The notes beneath the pieces were generated by a model that saw only the letters and a program-made list of their open reading frames with translations, did not search any database and was not told the DNA's origin. This document shows, in pieces, positions 1 to 12,775 of a stretch of DNA of 64,000 nt. Location: NCBI RefSeq assembly GCF_036588685.1, contig NC_086384.1:50096001-50160000 (forward strand), read 5' to 3'. A program made the position numbers and the translations under genes. Position 1 is the first letter of the stretch; each line of letters starts with the position of its first letter. Origin of the DNA: Mytilus trossulus. Its lineage: Eukaryota.

Positions 1-790
1 AAAAAGCTAAATTTGGTAAAAAATCGTAAAAAAATGGAAAAATCTGATAAAATTCATAGTTTTTCAGAAAATCAATTTATATTCTTTATTTAAAAAAGTG
101 CAATGCTTAAATTCATACTATTTTAACCACCAATATATTTTACGTGAAATTCAAAGATTTGTTGATCATATATAATGAATAATGAGAGGTAAAAAGTCTA
201 ATTGACCAAAACAGATGATGATGATCAAAAAGAAAATGACAAAATACATGGAAATATTTAAAAAAAGAAAAAAAAGATTAGAATATTTCATAGTTTTCTG
301 TATGCAACAAAAATATATTCATCAGTAAAGCCAGTCTCAGCAATGGGAACAGAATTAAATCAATTCAAACCATGACAAAAATGAAAATAACTGTTTTTGG
401 GTGAAAAAAGCGAAATTTGGTAAAAAATCGTCAAAAACTGGGAAAATCTGATAAAAATTCATAGTTTTTCAGAAAACCAATTAAGATGTTTGTGAATATC
501 AATTTATATTCTTTATATGAAAAACTGCAATGCTTAAACTCATACTATTTTAACCAACATGATGTTTTAAGCGAAAATCAAAGATCTGTTGACCATGCAT
601 AACATGTATAATGAGAGGGGAAAATTTTTATTGACCAAAACAGTTTGATGATCAAAAAGTAAATAACAAAATACATGGAAACATTGTTTTAAAGAATATT
701 TCATAGTTTTCTATATAAAACAAATATCTATTCATCAGTAAAGCCAGTCTCAGCAATGGGCACAGAATTAAATCAATTCAAACCATGACA
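1..790. repeat. Two diverged direct copies of a ~410-bp unit within the transposon arm
   Basis: 1-377 aligns to ~405-790 (e.g. atcagtaaagccagtctcagcaatggg.acagaattaaatcaattcaaaccatgaca occurs twice). Confidence 0.85.
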
Positions 791-1577
791 TTCACCGCAT
801 CCTACGTTCAACAGAAGACCATTTTTTCTACAGACACATCATTTGGCGACACACTTTTGCTGACAGTTGTATCTAATAATGTTAAGAAGTTTATAAGGTG
901 CAGGAGGATGTTCCATAAAAAAATTCTACTTTTGATTTCGCAACTATAGTCTGTAATCTGTAGGATGTATGTCAACTTATTCTGACATCAATTTTTGGCA
1001 CTGACATTACACTCTTTAAAACTATATGAGCCCTGTTTCGGTTGTTGGTGGTAAATTTTTCACCTGAACCGATGTGATTCCAGTAATTACTCTGGATGTG
1101 GATGTTCTCCAGAAAAGAATTTGAAGTCTTGCAAGAGGAAGTCCTCCATATAAACTCGTGAGCGCTTCTTCTTCTGCTTTATCGTTATTCATGAAAACTT
1201 GACCTTGCATTTTCAGATATTCTTGGTTAAGATTTTTTTAATGCAAGTCCTTTGCCTATTCCAAAAAGCCTAGATGTTGAGTTACAACCTGTTATAGAAT
1301 GCAAAAAAGGCAACACTCCACAAAAATTCTTCCTAAGAAATTCCTTTAGTCTTGTATTTTTCCATATTTTCATGTTTTGGTTTATTGCCATTTTATCAGA
1401 TTTAAGAATAACCCTTTTGCACTGCTGATTAACATGATGAATAAGTAACACTAGTAGATCCGCAAAGCTGTTAGCGCAATAGAAAGATCTGCATCATCAG
1501 TTGCATTATTACATCTAACGTCATTATCCTAAGCTTATCACAAAACATGTTAATAAGAGCTTGTTTGTTATGACTGT
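770..1577 (-). pseudogene. Inverted second copy of the XPG-like/Cys-rich end of the same transposase
   Basis: ORFs 1227-1451 and 1022-1210 (-); the reverse complement matches 2620-3340. Confidence 0.75.
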
Positions 1578-1588
1578 CCTTTTTAGTT

Positions 1589-3340
1589 ATGGATAATAGA
1601 TTTTTTTCCCTTCATCAATACTATGAACTTAGTAGGACATACCGTTTTTGGAGTGGTCTTTCTACACATCTGACTATAGAACAGATATTGATGAGAAGTG
1701 TCAAATATTCTGGAGGTATAACCAAGGTCACAGGAATGGGCGAATCCCAACGAGTACAATGGATACTATCTATGCCAGCTTTTGTAGACTATAACAGTAC
1801 CATGCAAGATCTCAATGGTGTTGAGTACTGTTCTAGTGATCAGCACAAAGAAGCTACGCGTGAAAGGAAAGAACGAGACAGGGTAGACACTCTTGCGATT
1901 CTTAAGTACCTTAGTGAAAGAAATCCTTTTACTAATGATGTTTTACTTATAAATATTGAAACAGGTATTGAGGCAGAGCCTGATGTCAACTTTGATAAAG
2001 CGGAAAGTACTGGAAATCAAAACTGTTAAAATTGATAAAAGGCGAAAAAGTTTTGAGTTATAGTTACAAGAAGTCAGACCAATCAATAACATTGTCAGCA
2101 AAACCGAAGACAAAGTCAGATTCAGACTTTCTAAATACGGATATAGATCCTCAATTGATGTGTCAATGCCTGACCACAGCAGCAAATGGTCTCTTTGTAA
2201 ACACATCCAAGGTATTCCAGTATGAATTATCCAGCGCTCTTTCTTCTATGTTTGATTGCAACCGACTACTTCGAAAGGCATGCATGTCAAAGTTAGCTGA
2301 TGCGATATGGGTATGTGGTAGTAATTGCATACATGAAATAGATGGTGAGGGTTTGTCCTTGCATGTAAGCATGTCCTTGATGGTGGATGACTATTGTAAC
2401 GACTTCCTTGGATGCTTGGAGGCATTATACAAATGTATATTGATCATGTAATCAGAAAGTAGAAAGACCCTGTTATTGTTTTGACAGTTTTCAAAAACTT
2501 CCTTCAATCAAAGATATACTATTAAACACATTTGCGTAGAACATATGGCATTATTTTGCTGAACATCAATTTCACCTCTTCTATGCCTTGCAAGACAAAA
2601 AAGGAAGTTTTCATGTCAAACAGTCATAACATACAAGCTCTTATTAACAAGCTTTGTGACAAGCTAAAGCATAATGACGTTCAATGTAAAAATGCAACTG
2701 ATGATGCAGATCTTCTTATTGCGCTAACGACAGTAGATTGTGCTTTGTTTTCAGAAGTGACTTCTTAGTGGTAGTTATTGGTGAAGATACAGATATATAA
2801 GTGCCTTTTTTGCATTCTATAACAGGTTGTGATTCAACATCTATGCTTTTTTGAGTAGGGAAAGGACTTGCATTAAAAAAAACTAAACCAAGAATATCTG
2901 AAAATGCAAGGTCAAGTTATCATAAATAATGATTCACTAAAGCAGATATCATCAAAGCAGGAGAAGAAGCGCTCACATGTTTATTTTGAGGTCTTTCCTT
3001 TTTAAGGTCTAAGGAATCAACATTCTTCACTCTAGATTAATTACTGGAAACACACCAACATCAGATTCAGGGCAATTTCAAAGTTTCAAAGTGTAATATC
3101 AGTGCCAAAAATGGATGTCAGAAGAAGTTGACATAGATCCTTCATACTATGGTTGGAAAATCAAAAGTAGAAAATTTTTTTCTGGAACTTCCTCCTGCAC
3201 CTAATAAAATTACCTTCTTTACATTATTAGAGACAACTGTCAGCAAAAGTGTGTCGCCAAATGATGTGTCTGTAGAAAAAATGGTCTTCTGTTGAACGTA
3301 GGATGCGTTGAATGTCATGGTTTGAATTGATTTAATTCTG
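1589..3340 (+). pseudogene. Fragmented Academ-like transposase C-terminal half (transposase, XPG-like, Cys8 finger)
   Basis: Consecutive ORF pieces 1589-2029, 2032-2451 and 2532-2768, plus further frameshifted pieces to ~3340, with stops and deletions. Confidence 0.7.
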
Positions 3341-4771
3341 TGCCCATTGCTGAGACTGGCTTCACGGATGAATAGATATTTGTTTTATACAGAAAACTAT
3401 GAAATATTCTTTAAAACAATGTTTCCATGTATTTTGTTATTTACTTTTTGATCATCAAACTGTTTTGGTCAATAAGAATTTCCCCCTCTCATTATACATG
3501 TTATGCATGGTCAACAAATCTTTGATTTTCGCTTAAAACATCATGTTGGTTAAAATAGTATGAGTTTAAGCATTGCAGTTTTTCATATAAAGAATATAAA
3601 TTGATATTCACAAACATCTCAATTGGTTTTCTGAAAAACTATGAATTTTTATCAGATTTTTCCAGTTTTTGACGATTTTTTTACCAAATTTCGCTTTTTT
3701 CACCCAAAATCAGTTATTTTCATTTTTGTTTAACAATGAATTTTGTTTGATCTGATTTTTAGTATAATAAGATTTGCATTTTTACTATTTTGGAATGATT
3801 TAATAACCGTTAAAACTCCAAATGGGTGTTTTTCCAGTTTTTAACGATTTCTTGATGATTTTGCAATATTTTACCCAAAATCATCATTTACCCTATTAAA
3901 AATTGCTTTCAAATTTTAAAATGATCAAAACAAAGGTTTGTGTCTTTTTTTGGAATATCAAATGAACTTCTATTACCATTTTTTTTATATTTTTCCTGTC
4001 TGTTTTTGTAATCAACTCACGCTTTGTTAATCTCAAATTCCAACAAAAATCTGATGTTTTCACCTAAAATTTCACTTTTATAGAATAAAAACATTTTTTT
4101 ATTTATTTCATTTCATAAACACTGTATAAACTGTTGTAAAACTTTTGGTTTGAAAAGATTATCTTCTAAAATAAATGTTTAACAAGCTTTTCCCAGTTTT
4201 TCACTATTTTTGACAAATTTTGCTATTTTCTCACAAAAAATCAATTTTCCCACTCAGATATCTTGGTAGACTTTTAGTATGTTGCAAAGAAAGCCTTTTA
4301 GAATTGAAAAATACCAAAACAAATTCTGTTGCAATTTTGTTGAGGTCAAATGCTATTTTGACTAGACTATACTGTAGTCTGTGATGCTGATGTTTTTTAA
4401 GTCCGTTCGTTGCATGTCAAAAATAATTCATTCATTTCATCAGAATTATTGTAACATTTATCTCTGTCTGTAAAAGAGATAAAAAAAATTAACTTTCGAA
4501 GGCAAAAGTGTAAATAACATCATGAAAAAAGAGGTAAAAAGACCCCCCCAAAAAAAAAAAAAAACAACAAAAAAAACCAACCAAGAACACACAACAACAT
4601 CCTTATAAAAACGGGTTTGATCTTAGGTGCTCCCGTCGTGTTGCTCATGTAAGTAAAAAACCAGTGATGATTAAAAAATTTAATTTGAATCTATTTTTAT
4701 CTATTTCATCATATAATTTGATATTAATTAAGCAACTGACGACATCATATGGATGTATTGTTATATGTAGT

Positions 4772-4816
4772 GGGGATTTACATTCAATTTGGACGCAGTA
4801 GTGCGAAACTTCCTGT
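4772..4816 (+). promoter_or_regulatory. Putative TLR-A proximal promoter: kappaB-like GGGGATTTAC (4772-4781) and ETS ACTTCCTGT (4808-4816)
   Basis: Both motifs are identical upstream of TLR-C (15935-15944, 15965-15973) while the spacer has diverged. Confidence 0.55.
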
Positions 4817-4895
4817 TTTGATTGTAAACCTTTTGTTTAACAATTAAACAATAAAAATATTGGTAACAATAGCTCTTTAGCACAATGAACTTAAG

Positions 4896-5025
4896 GTATA
4901 AGTTTCACAGATCTATATTTAAATGTTTACATATTGCCTGACTGGCTTGATTTGAAATGATGAAAAACCGATCAAAAGATATTTAATGATACTGTGTTTT
5001 ATTCATTTCGTTGTGATATATTCAG
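4896..5025 (+). other. Putative 5'UTR intron of TLR-A (GT..AG, 130 bp)
   Basis: aacttaag|GTAT...ttcAG|aaat is conserved in TLR-C (16044-16149). It would remove the ORF-track ATG at 4986. Confidence 0.5.
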
Positions 5026-5069
5026 AAATCAGATTACATTTTAAAGATTCACACATTAATTTTACCAAA

Positions 5070-7529
5070 ATGTTGACAATTCTATGTTTATTCTTTCTTT
5101 GTGTAAACTGTACTTTTTCGTTAATTTATTCTGGACATTGTAATATTTCATTAAGTATGAAGGAAATGAGATGTGATTGTAGTTCGAGGAATTTAACATT
5201 TATACCAACAGAATGTCCACGAAATACATCAGAGTTATATCTGGCTAACAATGAGCTTGGCATTTTAGGTAAGGAATCATTTTCTAGATATACACACCTC
5301 ACCTATCTAGATATAAGTTATTGCAATATAACGTCAATCGACCAATCAGCTTTCGATAATTTGACACAATTAAAAGAACTGAAATTTTTCAATAATCCTT
5401 TGAAAACATTTCAAAGTAATGTGTTTGCACCACTGAATGAGCTACGAATTATTTCCATATCGCACACTTTGCTGTCAACGTATCCAAGAGAGTCGTGGTC
5501 TGATGTTTGCAGAATTACAACAGTGATTTGTGACTGTGGTCCGTCAAATGGAACATTTTCGGAGATATTTTCCGCCATGAACAATTTGAATTACTTCCAA
5601 GTTGATTATCAGAGTGATGTCATACATAACCTTACATTTCAATCATTCAAAAGGACGCCATTGAAACATTTGAATATCAATGGCCAATTACGAGACATAG
5701 AAATAGATGCTTTTGCACCGTTAGAATTACTTTCTAGTCTTATTATTCCAAATCAAAATTTTCTTAAATTATCAAGAACATTACCAGCTTTGCACGTGTT
5801 TCAAAATCGACAAATGAATGAATTGGATTTGAGCAATAACTTTAATAATTATGGTGAATATGTTATTTCGGCTGATTTATTTGCATATATCGGTAACATT
5901 TGCGTAAAAAGATTATCTTTGGGTTGGAATGGTATAAGAAGGATAGACGCTGTAGCCTTTCAGAAAATGAAATATAAACATTGTCTTGAATCTTTGAACT
6001 TAAATAACAATGAATTTGATTATCATCAGGATCTTATTGTATTTTTTTTTAATTTCTTTATAAATATCAAAAGAATAGACATTTCTGCGATAACTAGTAG
6101 ATCTATTGAAAACATTCGAGAACAAAGTACTAATGGTACAAGAACGCTGGATCACCGAGTTATATTCCATCCTCGATCAGATTGGTCTATCAGACTACCT
6201 TCTTCACTCGAATTTCTAAATGCATCATTTATAATCGGATGGGGTAATCTGATAAACAGTTTAACATTTAAGGGTATTACAGGATTGAAAATTGTTGATT
6301 TTACATACTCATCACTTGACGATTGCAATTACACAATAAATGGACTTCAGAACGTGTTAATACTTAATGTTTCACATTTCCAATGTGGTCTTTTAAATCC
6401 AAACATTCTTCAATCTGCCGTCAATTTGGAACAGTTGATAATGCAAAGTTCTTCATTAAGTATTGGCCTTAAATATGATCACCACAGTAAATTCCTCCAT
6501 GGACTCAAACGTTTGCAGTATATAGACTTTTCAAGAAATGCATTTGAAGACCAATTCAGAATTTCAACATTTAAAAGTCAACTAGACAGTGTGCAATCTT
6601 TGATACTTGAAGGAAATTTATTCACAAGTGTTCCCTTAAATTTAGAAGAATTCAACCGTCTAAGTTTCCTTAACATCAGAAATAACAAGATAGCCTACTT
6701 GACAACTAAAGAAATTAACGCCATTGAAGTGCTATTCAGAAAATCAAATAGAACAATGACAGTCTTATTAGATGGCAACCCTCTTGTTTGTACTTGTGCT
6801 TCATTAGATTTTGTAGAATGGTTATTTACTACTAAAGTGAAACTTAACAGCAATGGTAGTTATACGTGTGTCGAAAACGATGGAAACATTACAACAACAA
6901 ATATCGTCTACAATCACTTGCGAATTTTTAGAATAAGATGTATAACGACAATATGGGTTATTTTTTCAGTTACATTGTTCGGTGTGCTTCTTTTATTCAT
7001 TCTAGTTGGATATCGTTACAAATTGCACCTACAATACTTTTTTTTATTTATCGGAATGGCCAATCCACTTTTCCTGAAGTCAAAAGAAGAAACACTTGAA
7101 TATGATGCATATGTAGCTTATTGCGATGGAGACTATCAATGGGTGTATGGACCTTTGCGCCTATTTCTCGAAGAGAGACGGAATTATAAACTTCTTTTGT
7201 TAGATAGAGGAGATGTCCTTGCTGGAGAACATAGACTTTTTGCTTTATACAATTCAATTCCAAAATGCAAAAAGATAATCTTAGTGATTTCAAAAGAGTT
7301 TGTAAACAATGATTGGGCATACTATGAAGCTACTGTAGGAATTGAACATTTCCTGGGCTTACAAGCGAGAATAATTGTTATAAACCTGGAAAATATAACC
7401 AAAACAGAAATACCGCAATGTGTTCTTCAAATGATGTCATTGGACGCCAACGATCATATTCGCAAAACAGACACATTAAATGAAAATAACATTTTCTGGA
7501 AATGTTTAGATCAAGCAATGCAACGTTAA
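5070..7529 (+). CDS. Toll-like receptor TLR-A (single cysteine-cluster type; signal peptide, LRRNT, LRRs, LRRCT, TM, TIR), ~819 aa
   Basis: CDCSSRNLTFIP LRRNT, LxxLxLxxN repeats, GNPLVCTC LRRCT, hydrophobic TM IWVIFSVTLFGVLLLFILVGY, TIR box1 YDAYVAY and box3 FW. Start set at 5070 by alignment with the paralog signal peptides (ORF track starts at 4986). Confidence 0.95.
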   Translation: MLTILCLFFLCVNCTFSLIYSGHCNISLSMKEMRCDCSSRNLTFIPTECPRNTSELYLANNELGILGKESFSRYTHLTYLDISYCNITSIDQSAFDNLTQLKELKFFNNPLKTFQSNVFAPLNELRIISISHTLLSTYPRESWSDVCRITTVICDCGPSNGTFSEIFSAMNNLNYFQVDYQSDVIHNLTFQSFKRTPLKHLNINGQLRDIEIDAFAPLELLSSLIIPNQNFLKLSRTLPALHVFQNRQMNELDLSNNFNNYGEYVISADLFAYIGNICVKRLSLGWNGIRRIDAVAFQKMKYKHCLESLNLNNNEFDYHQDLIVFFFNFFINIKRIDISAITSRSIENIREQSTNGTRTLDHRVIFHPRSDWSIRLPSSLEFLNASFIIGWGNLINSLTFKGITGLKIVDFTYSSLDDCNYTINGLQNVLILNVSHFQCGLLNPNILQSAVNLEQLIMQSSSLSIGLKYDHHSKFLHGLKRLQYIDFSRNAFEDQFRISTFKSQLDSVQSLILEGNLFTSVPLNLEEFNRLSFLNIRNNKIAYLTTKEINAIEVLFRKSNRTMTVLLDGNPLVCTCASLDFVEWLFTTKVKLNSNGSYTCVENDGNITTTNIVYNHLRIFRIRCITTIWVIFSVTLFGVLLLFILVGYRYKLHLQYFFLFIGMANPLFLKSKEETLEYDAYVAYCDGDYQWVYGPLRLFLEERRNYKLLLLDRGDVLAGEHRLFALYNSIPKCKKIILVISKEFVNNDWAYYEATVGIEHFLGLQARIIVINLENITKTEIPQCVLQMMSLDANDHIRKTDTLNENNIFWKCLDQAMQR

Positions 7530-8769
7530 TGAAGGAAAGTGACTTTTTTCAATTAATGATGTTCAACAATTGTTGTTTCATTGTAAAAATGCATTGTCAG
7601 TCTAAAGCGTATGCAAAAAAAGTAAACATTAAGAACCTGCACGGTGGTACTATAGATATGATGAACACTATATTAACGAAAGGAATAAAAGAAACCACTT
7701 ACAGGTATGAGCAACAATTTTTCCTTAACAAAAATGTATTCAAAAATCTTTTTACAGACGGTCATATGTGTAAAATGTCATTATCGGTAAACGCTTATAT
7801 ATATTTTGATAAAATTTTTTTTTTAAAAAATGGCGTTTTAGGTCAAATACATGAGTTTGACAATTTATGAGAAGACTTCCCACAACAGTTTATGTACAAA
7901 TTATCGAGATTATTTTAACCTGTTCATTCAAATTAGCACAAAAGTCATAATTTTGAAATCCTTGAATATACTTACTATTTGTGCAATACAAAAGACTATT
8001 TCATTGCTCTGATATATAGTCTTTCTTTTTTTAAATTGGTGTTTATTGTGCAGGTAACTTCAGAAAAGTGCTTCGGCCACAACCCAATTTTGAAGTTTTA
8101 CTTTCATTTATACAAATTCTAGATTACTAGTTAACATCGGTTGTAATTATAAGAAAAATGTCACATCGTTTTTTTAAGCAGACATGCTTGAGTGTATGCT
8201 AATTATGTGTATGATACAAACCATCTCTGTTTATTTAAAGTTTTCATATTTTTATATCTTATCAGGACGTAGCTATATTGAATACAATGCAATGTCAGGA
8301 AATAATGTGAAGTAGAGCAATGGTCTTTGTTTTTCTTCCCATTTAAATACCACTTCTTTTTATCAATATTCAGATCAATATCTTAGTTTTTGAACATTAC
8401 CTTATATATCAGGTAATCAAGTACGTACAATTTGAAGAATAGGTTAAAATGAATGACACCATTTTAATACACGCATTCATCGAAATCCCGCCGTTATAAG
8501 AGCCCCTCCTTGTCTCTTTTATGTTTTACAAAAATGATTTGAAATGTCTTCTTTTAACAGTTTAAATGTTTTGTACAATGTGATAGATATAAAATATTGA
8601 ATGTACAACCCGAATATCATTTTGTATATGTCGTTGTCCATTAATTTGTACCAACCACGATACATGGAATCGAAAACTGTTTTCCCCACGCAAATAGATA
8701 TAAGAAGATTTGGTAGTATGAGTGCTAATGAGACAACTCTCCATCCAAGTCACAATTTATAAAAATAAT

Positions 8770-9000
8770 AAACTAACCATAGATACCAGTATAAACGTTG
8801 TGTTTACGCTAGACGCACGTTTAGTCTGCAAAAGACTCAGTTGTGATCCTCAAATCTAAAAGTTAAAGAGACCAATTAGAGGACGAAGTTGGAGAGCATT
8901 GATAACCAAAAGTCCTAACAGTTTCGGGAAATACAGCTAAGGTTATCTATTCCTGAGGGAGAAAAACCTTAGTTTTACAATAAAGTATTGTAAACAGTAA
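8770..9000 (-). repeat. Degenerate copy of the hammerhead-containing interspersed repeat
   Basis: Aligns to 19130-19350 and 42370-42540; the catalytic core is mutated. Confidence 0.7.
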
Positions 9001-10133
9001 CAGTAAACCAATGTAGGTCAACGTACGGTCTTCAACACGAAGCCTAGCCTCACACTGAACCACACGCTAAAAAAGGTCCCAAAAGTTACTCGATAAGTGT
9101 AAAACCATTCAAACGGGAAAACCAACGGTCTAATCTATTTTAAAAAAAAACAAAGAAACAAGAAACACTTATGAACTACATCAACGAATGACAACTACAA
9201 CATCATATTCATGACAGAAAAATGTAAACCAATTTAGCAAAAAAGCTCGATATGCGACAATGAATGAAAACAATAAAAAAGTTCTATCAGATGTGATAAA
9301 TTAGGGAAATTGAAATACATTATAACATGCTGTGGATATCTTAACGCCAAGTTTTAATTGGATTTTGAGTAACTATAGTTCAAATTATATTCAAATTAAT
9401 TGTACCTTAACCAAAGAGCAAACACAATTACTTTAGTTTCAACGATTGTTTCGATAAACATCCAAGTCTGTTATTTTGAAGTGTTTGCACATCTATGGTG
9501 AGTTTATTTACAACCACTAGGTCGGTGCCACTGCTGGTGGAGATTTATTTCCCTGAGGGTATCACATGCCCAGTAGTCAAAACAGGCGTCTGGCGTATAT
9601 ACTAAATTTATTCCTGATGAGTTTAATTAAAACATTAAAACATAAAAATTGTGTTACCGTTACGCCAATTTATAATTTTATTTTTAGTAACTATATGTGT
9701 CAAATTATATCAAAATAAGTTGTACATTAACCAAACAACACACACTGCTTGTGTATTCAACGATTCCACTGATAAACATATCTAATTTTCTTATGTAGAA
9801 GTGTTTCCACATTGAAACTCCCATTTGTCAGTAAGATAGTTGCTTAAAAAGAATAGCATCTCAAGAATATTTTGAACTTAAACTAACCAGAGAGAAAGAC
9901 ACCAAGAACATATTAAGGCTAATAAGTCGAAAACAAACTGATAATCCAATGGTGGCATAGAAAAACAACAAATCAACAAAATACAAAGAACTATACGACA
10001 CAACGAACCCCAACGATACTGTTACACGTGGAATCAATTTAAGTAGAAAAATTGACTTTGCGAATAACAAATAATGTTTAAACAGTAGGACAACAAAACT
10101 ACACTCAAGTATTTAACAAATATATCCATGGAT

Positions 10134-10250
10134 GTATATGTAGGACTCTAAAGTGCGATGGGGACGCTAAAGTCCGATGGTCACGCTAAAGTGCGATGGT
10201 ATACGCTTAAATGCGATTCCTCCTTACGCTAAAGTCCGCTGGTCTGCGAA
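10134..10250 (+). repeat. Transposon-like terminus with ~19-20-bp subterminal repeats (acgctaaagtgcgatgg)
   Basis: gtatatgtaggactctaaagtgcgatgg...; a reverse-complement copy lies at ~50260-50405. Confidence 0.65.
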
Positions 10251-10936
10251 AGTATAGGCGAAAGAAACGTAGTTGGATTATGACGTTAACAGTCGTTTAT
10301 ACAAACTAAAAGTTAACACACCGGATGAAAAATCACAAATATTTCATTAAGAACTTTTAAACCAGATGTCAATGACTAAATTACATTAACCCTAAATGTG
10401 CTTTGATGGCTAAAACAAAGGGGATTTATTTTGGTAGTTGAAAGATGAGCTTGAATCCTGCAGTCGGACGTTTTACTTTAGGCTCTATTGATACAAGTAG
10501 TATTCACATTTACATCCTGTGTTCTGATTTTATTGGAAACAAACAGATACATTTGAATCATTATTTATATAGCAGTTGTCTTTGTGGTCCCTGTTAGAAC
10601 CTTTTCAATTTTATTGAAAAGTATCGTCGGCAAAACAAATAATGCTACATGTGTTCATACGTTAATTATAAATTGTCGGCTAAATCGTTATAGTGTAGAC
10701 ATTGCATGTAAATATAGCATGGCTATGAAGTTGTTTCAATAAAAAGAGACCAATCGCCTTTCTCTATTATTTGAATTAAAATATGCATCAAATGAATGTT
10801 ATATATTCCGACAATAATCGAATTTTGTATATGTGATTTAAAAGGACGGTAGTAAAGGAAGGTGTTCCAATAAGTACTAGACTACAACGTGTGAACGGCA
10901 AGCTACCCGTGTTATCACACTATTCAACAAGAAATA

Positions 10937-11127
10937 TCGTAACTACAATCCCCTTCCCTTTCATGAATGTGACTTACCGAATTCAGACTATTTACCGGAT
11001 TTGTAATCACATAATCAACACGACGGGTGCCACATGTGGAGCAGGATCTGCTTACCCTTCCGGAGCACCTGAGATCCCCCCTAGTTTTTGGTGGGGTTCG
11101 TGTTTTTTATTCTTTAGTTTTCTATGC
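10937..11127 (+). mobile_element. Penelope-like element 3' fragment truncating the TIR of pseudogene TLR-B
   Basis: Reverse complement of ~15310-15510. Confidence 0.75.
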
Positions 11128-12775
11128 TCAATCCAAATAGTAGCATTCATTGTTAACAAACTCATTTGAAATAATTAAGATCATCTTTTTACATTTTGAA
11201 ATGGAATTACTAATGGCAAGTCTTTTTTGACCAGGCCGTACATCCCCATCTCCTCTTTTTGACAAAAGAAGTCTATAATTTCGTCTCTCTTCAAGAAATG
11301 AACGCAAAGGTCCATACACCCATTTATAGTCCCCATCACAATAAGCTACATATGCATCATCTCCAAGTGCTTTTTCTTTTGACTTGCGGAAAAGTGGATT
11401 GGCCATTCCGATAAATAAACAAAAGTATTGTAGATGCAATTTGTAACGATATCCAAGTAGGATAAATAATAGAATCACACCGAATAAAGTTGCAGAAAAA
11501 ATTAACCATATTGTCGTTATACATCTTCTTCTCATAATTCGCAAGTTATTGTAGACGATATTTGTTTTTGTGATATTTTCATCGTTTCCGACACACGAAT
11601 AACTACCATTGCTGTCAAGTTTCACTTTAATAGTAAATAACCATTCTACAAATTTTAATGAAGCACACGTACAGACAAGAGGATTTCCCTCTAATAAGAC
11701 TGTCAATGTCTTATTTGATTTTCTAAATAGCACTTCAATTGCGTCAATTTTCTGTGTAGTCAAAGATAAAGAGCCTACGCCGGTTAAGGTCATTGAGGTT
11801 TAATGGAATAGTTGTGAATAAATTCCTTTCAAGTATCAAAGATTGCAAACAGTCAGTTTGACTTTTGAATGTTGAACTACTGAATTGGTCTTTGAATGCA
11901 TTCCTTGAAAGGTCTGTATACCGCAAAAGTTTGAGTCCATGGTGGAATTGTCCATGGTGATCATCTTTTAGACCAATACTTAATAAAGAACTTTGCAGTA
12001 TCAGCTACTCCAAATTTAATCCCGAATAAAAAAATTCACGATTTAAAATTTAGGATTTGAAGTGTGACATATTGAGAACTCCTACGTTCTGCAATCCGTA
12101 AAAAGATAGGTGCAGTCGTAAAATGAAGAGTATGTTAAATCAAACATTTTTAAGGTTTTAATATTCTTAAATGTGATGCTATTTATTGAACTGGTATGGC
12201 TGTGAATAAAAGATGCGTTGATGAATTCAAACGAAGACGGAAATCGTGTAACGACATCGTATGTGTATGGGAACTTAACTGTTGTCCTGATGGCCGGGGT
12301 AACATTGTTCATTATATCTCTTTTGTATTGGTATATTCTTAGTGAATCTTCTGAGATTTGTAAACAAATTGAGATTTACGATCAGCCAAGCTCTATATAT
12401 ATGTAAGTAGTTCTGTTGTAATAACATATTCCACGTAATGTCTAAAATTATTGCTCAAATCCAATTCATCCATTTTTCGATTCGCAAACACTCGCAAGCT
12501 GGTAATGTTTTTGATAATATTAGATAATCTTGATTTTGAATAATAAGACTGGAAAGAGCTTTTAAAGGTGAAAAAGAATGTATTTCTATCGCCCGTAATC
12601 TGCCCACTATACTTAAATATTCCAACGGTGTACTTTTGAATGCGCTAAAAGTAGAGTTATGTAAAATATTATGTTCATAATCAATGTAGAAGTACTTTAG
12701 ATTTTGCATAACAGAAAATATCCAAATCGCGAATGATCCATTTAACGGTCGACCATAAGTAAACACCATTAAAGC
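11128..12775 (-). pseudogene. TLR pseudogene TLR-B (5'-truncated, internal deletion, frameshifts, TIR truncated)
   Basis: ORF pieces 12455-12784, 12082-12312, 11744-11926 and 11128-11793 are collinear with TLR-F. Confidence 0.92.

Larger units (their letters stand above)
1..4369. mobile_element. Non-autonomous fold-back derivative of an Academ-type (XPG/Cys8-encoding) DNA transposon; left end lies outside the window
   Basis: Decayed transposase fragments (RFWSGLSTHLTIEQILMRSVK..GG; DDADLLI..GEDTD; LPFLHSITGCNSTSRLFGIGK XPG/H3TH-like motif; Cys-rich C.CRKNGL..GC.ECHG). Ends in ACTAGACTA at 4361-4369, after which the sequence resumes homology to the paralogous TLR upstream region at 15011. Arms ~380-1577 and ~2620-3730 are inverted copies. 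Confidence 0.7.

Noticed and set aside
4986-5069. N-terminal extension of TLR-A in the ORF track
   Set aside because: Paralogs start at the Met equivalent to 5070, and 4986 falls in a predicted 5'UTR intron.
7048-7320. Recurrent antisense ORF (MPNHC...), also at 18176, 52983 and 54599
   Set aside because: Shadow of the near-identical TIR coding sequence on the opposite strand.
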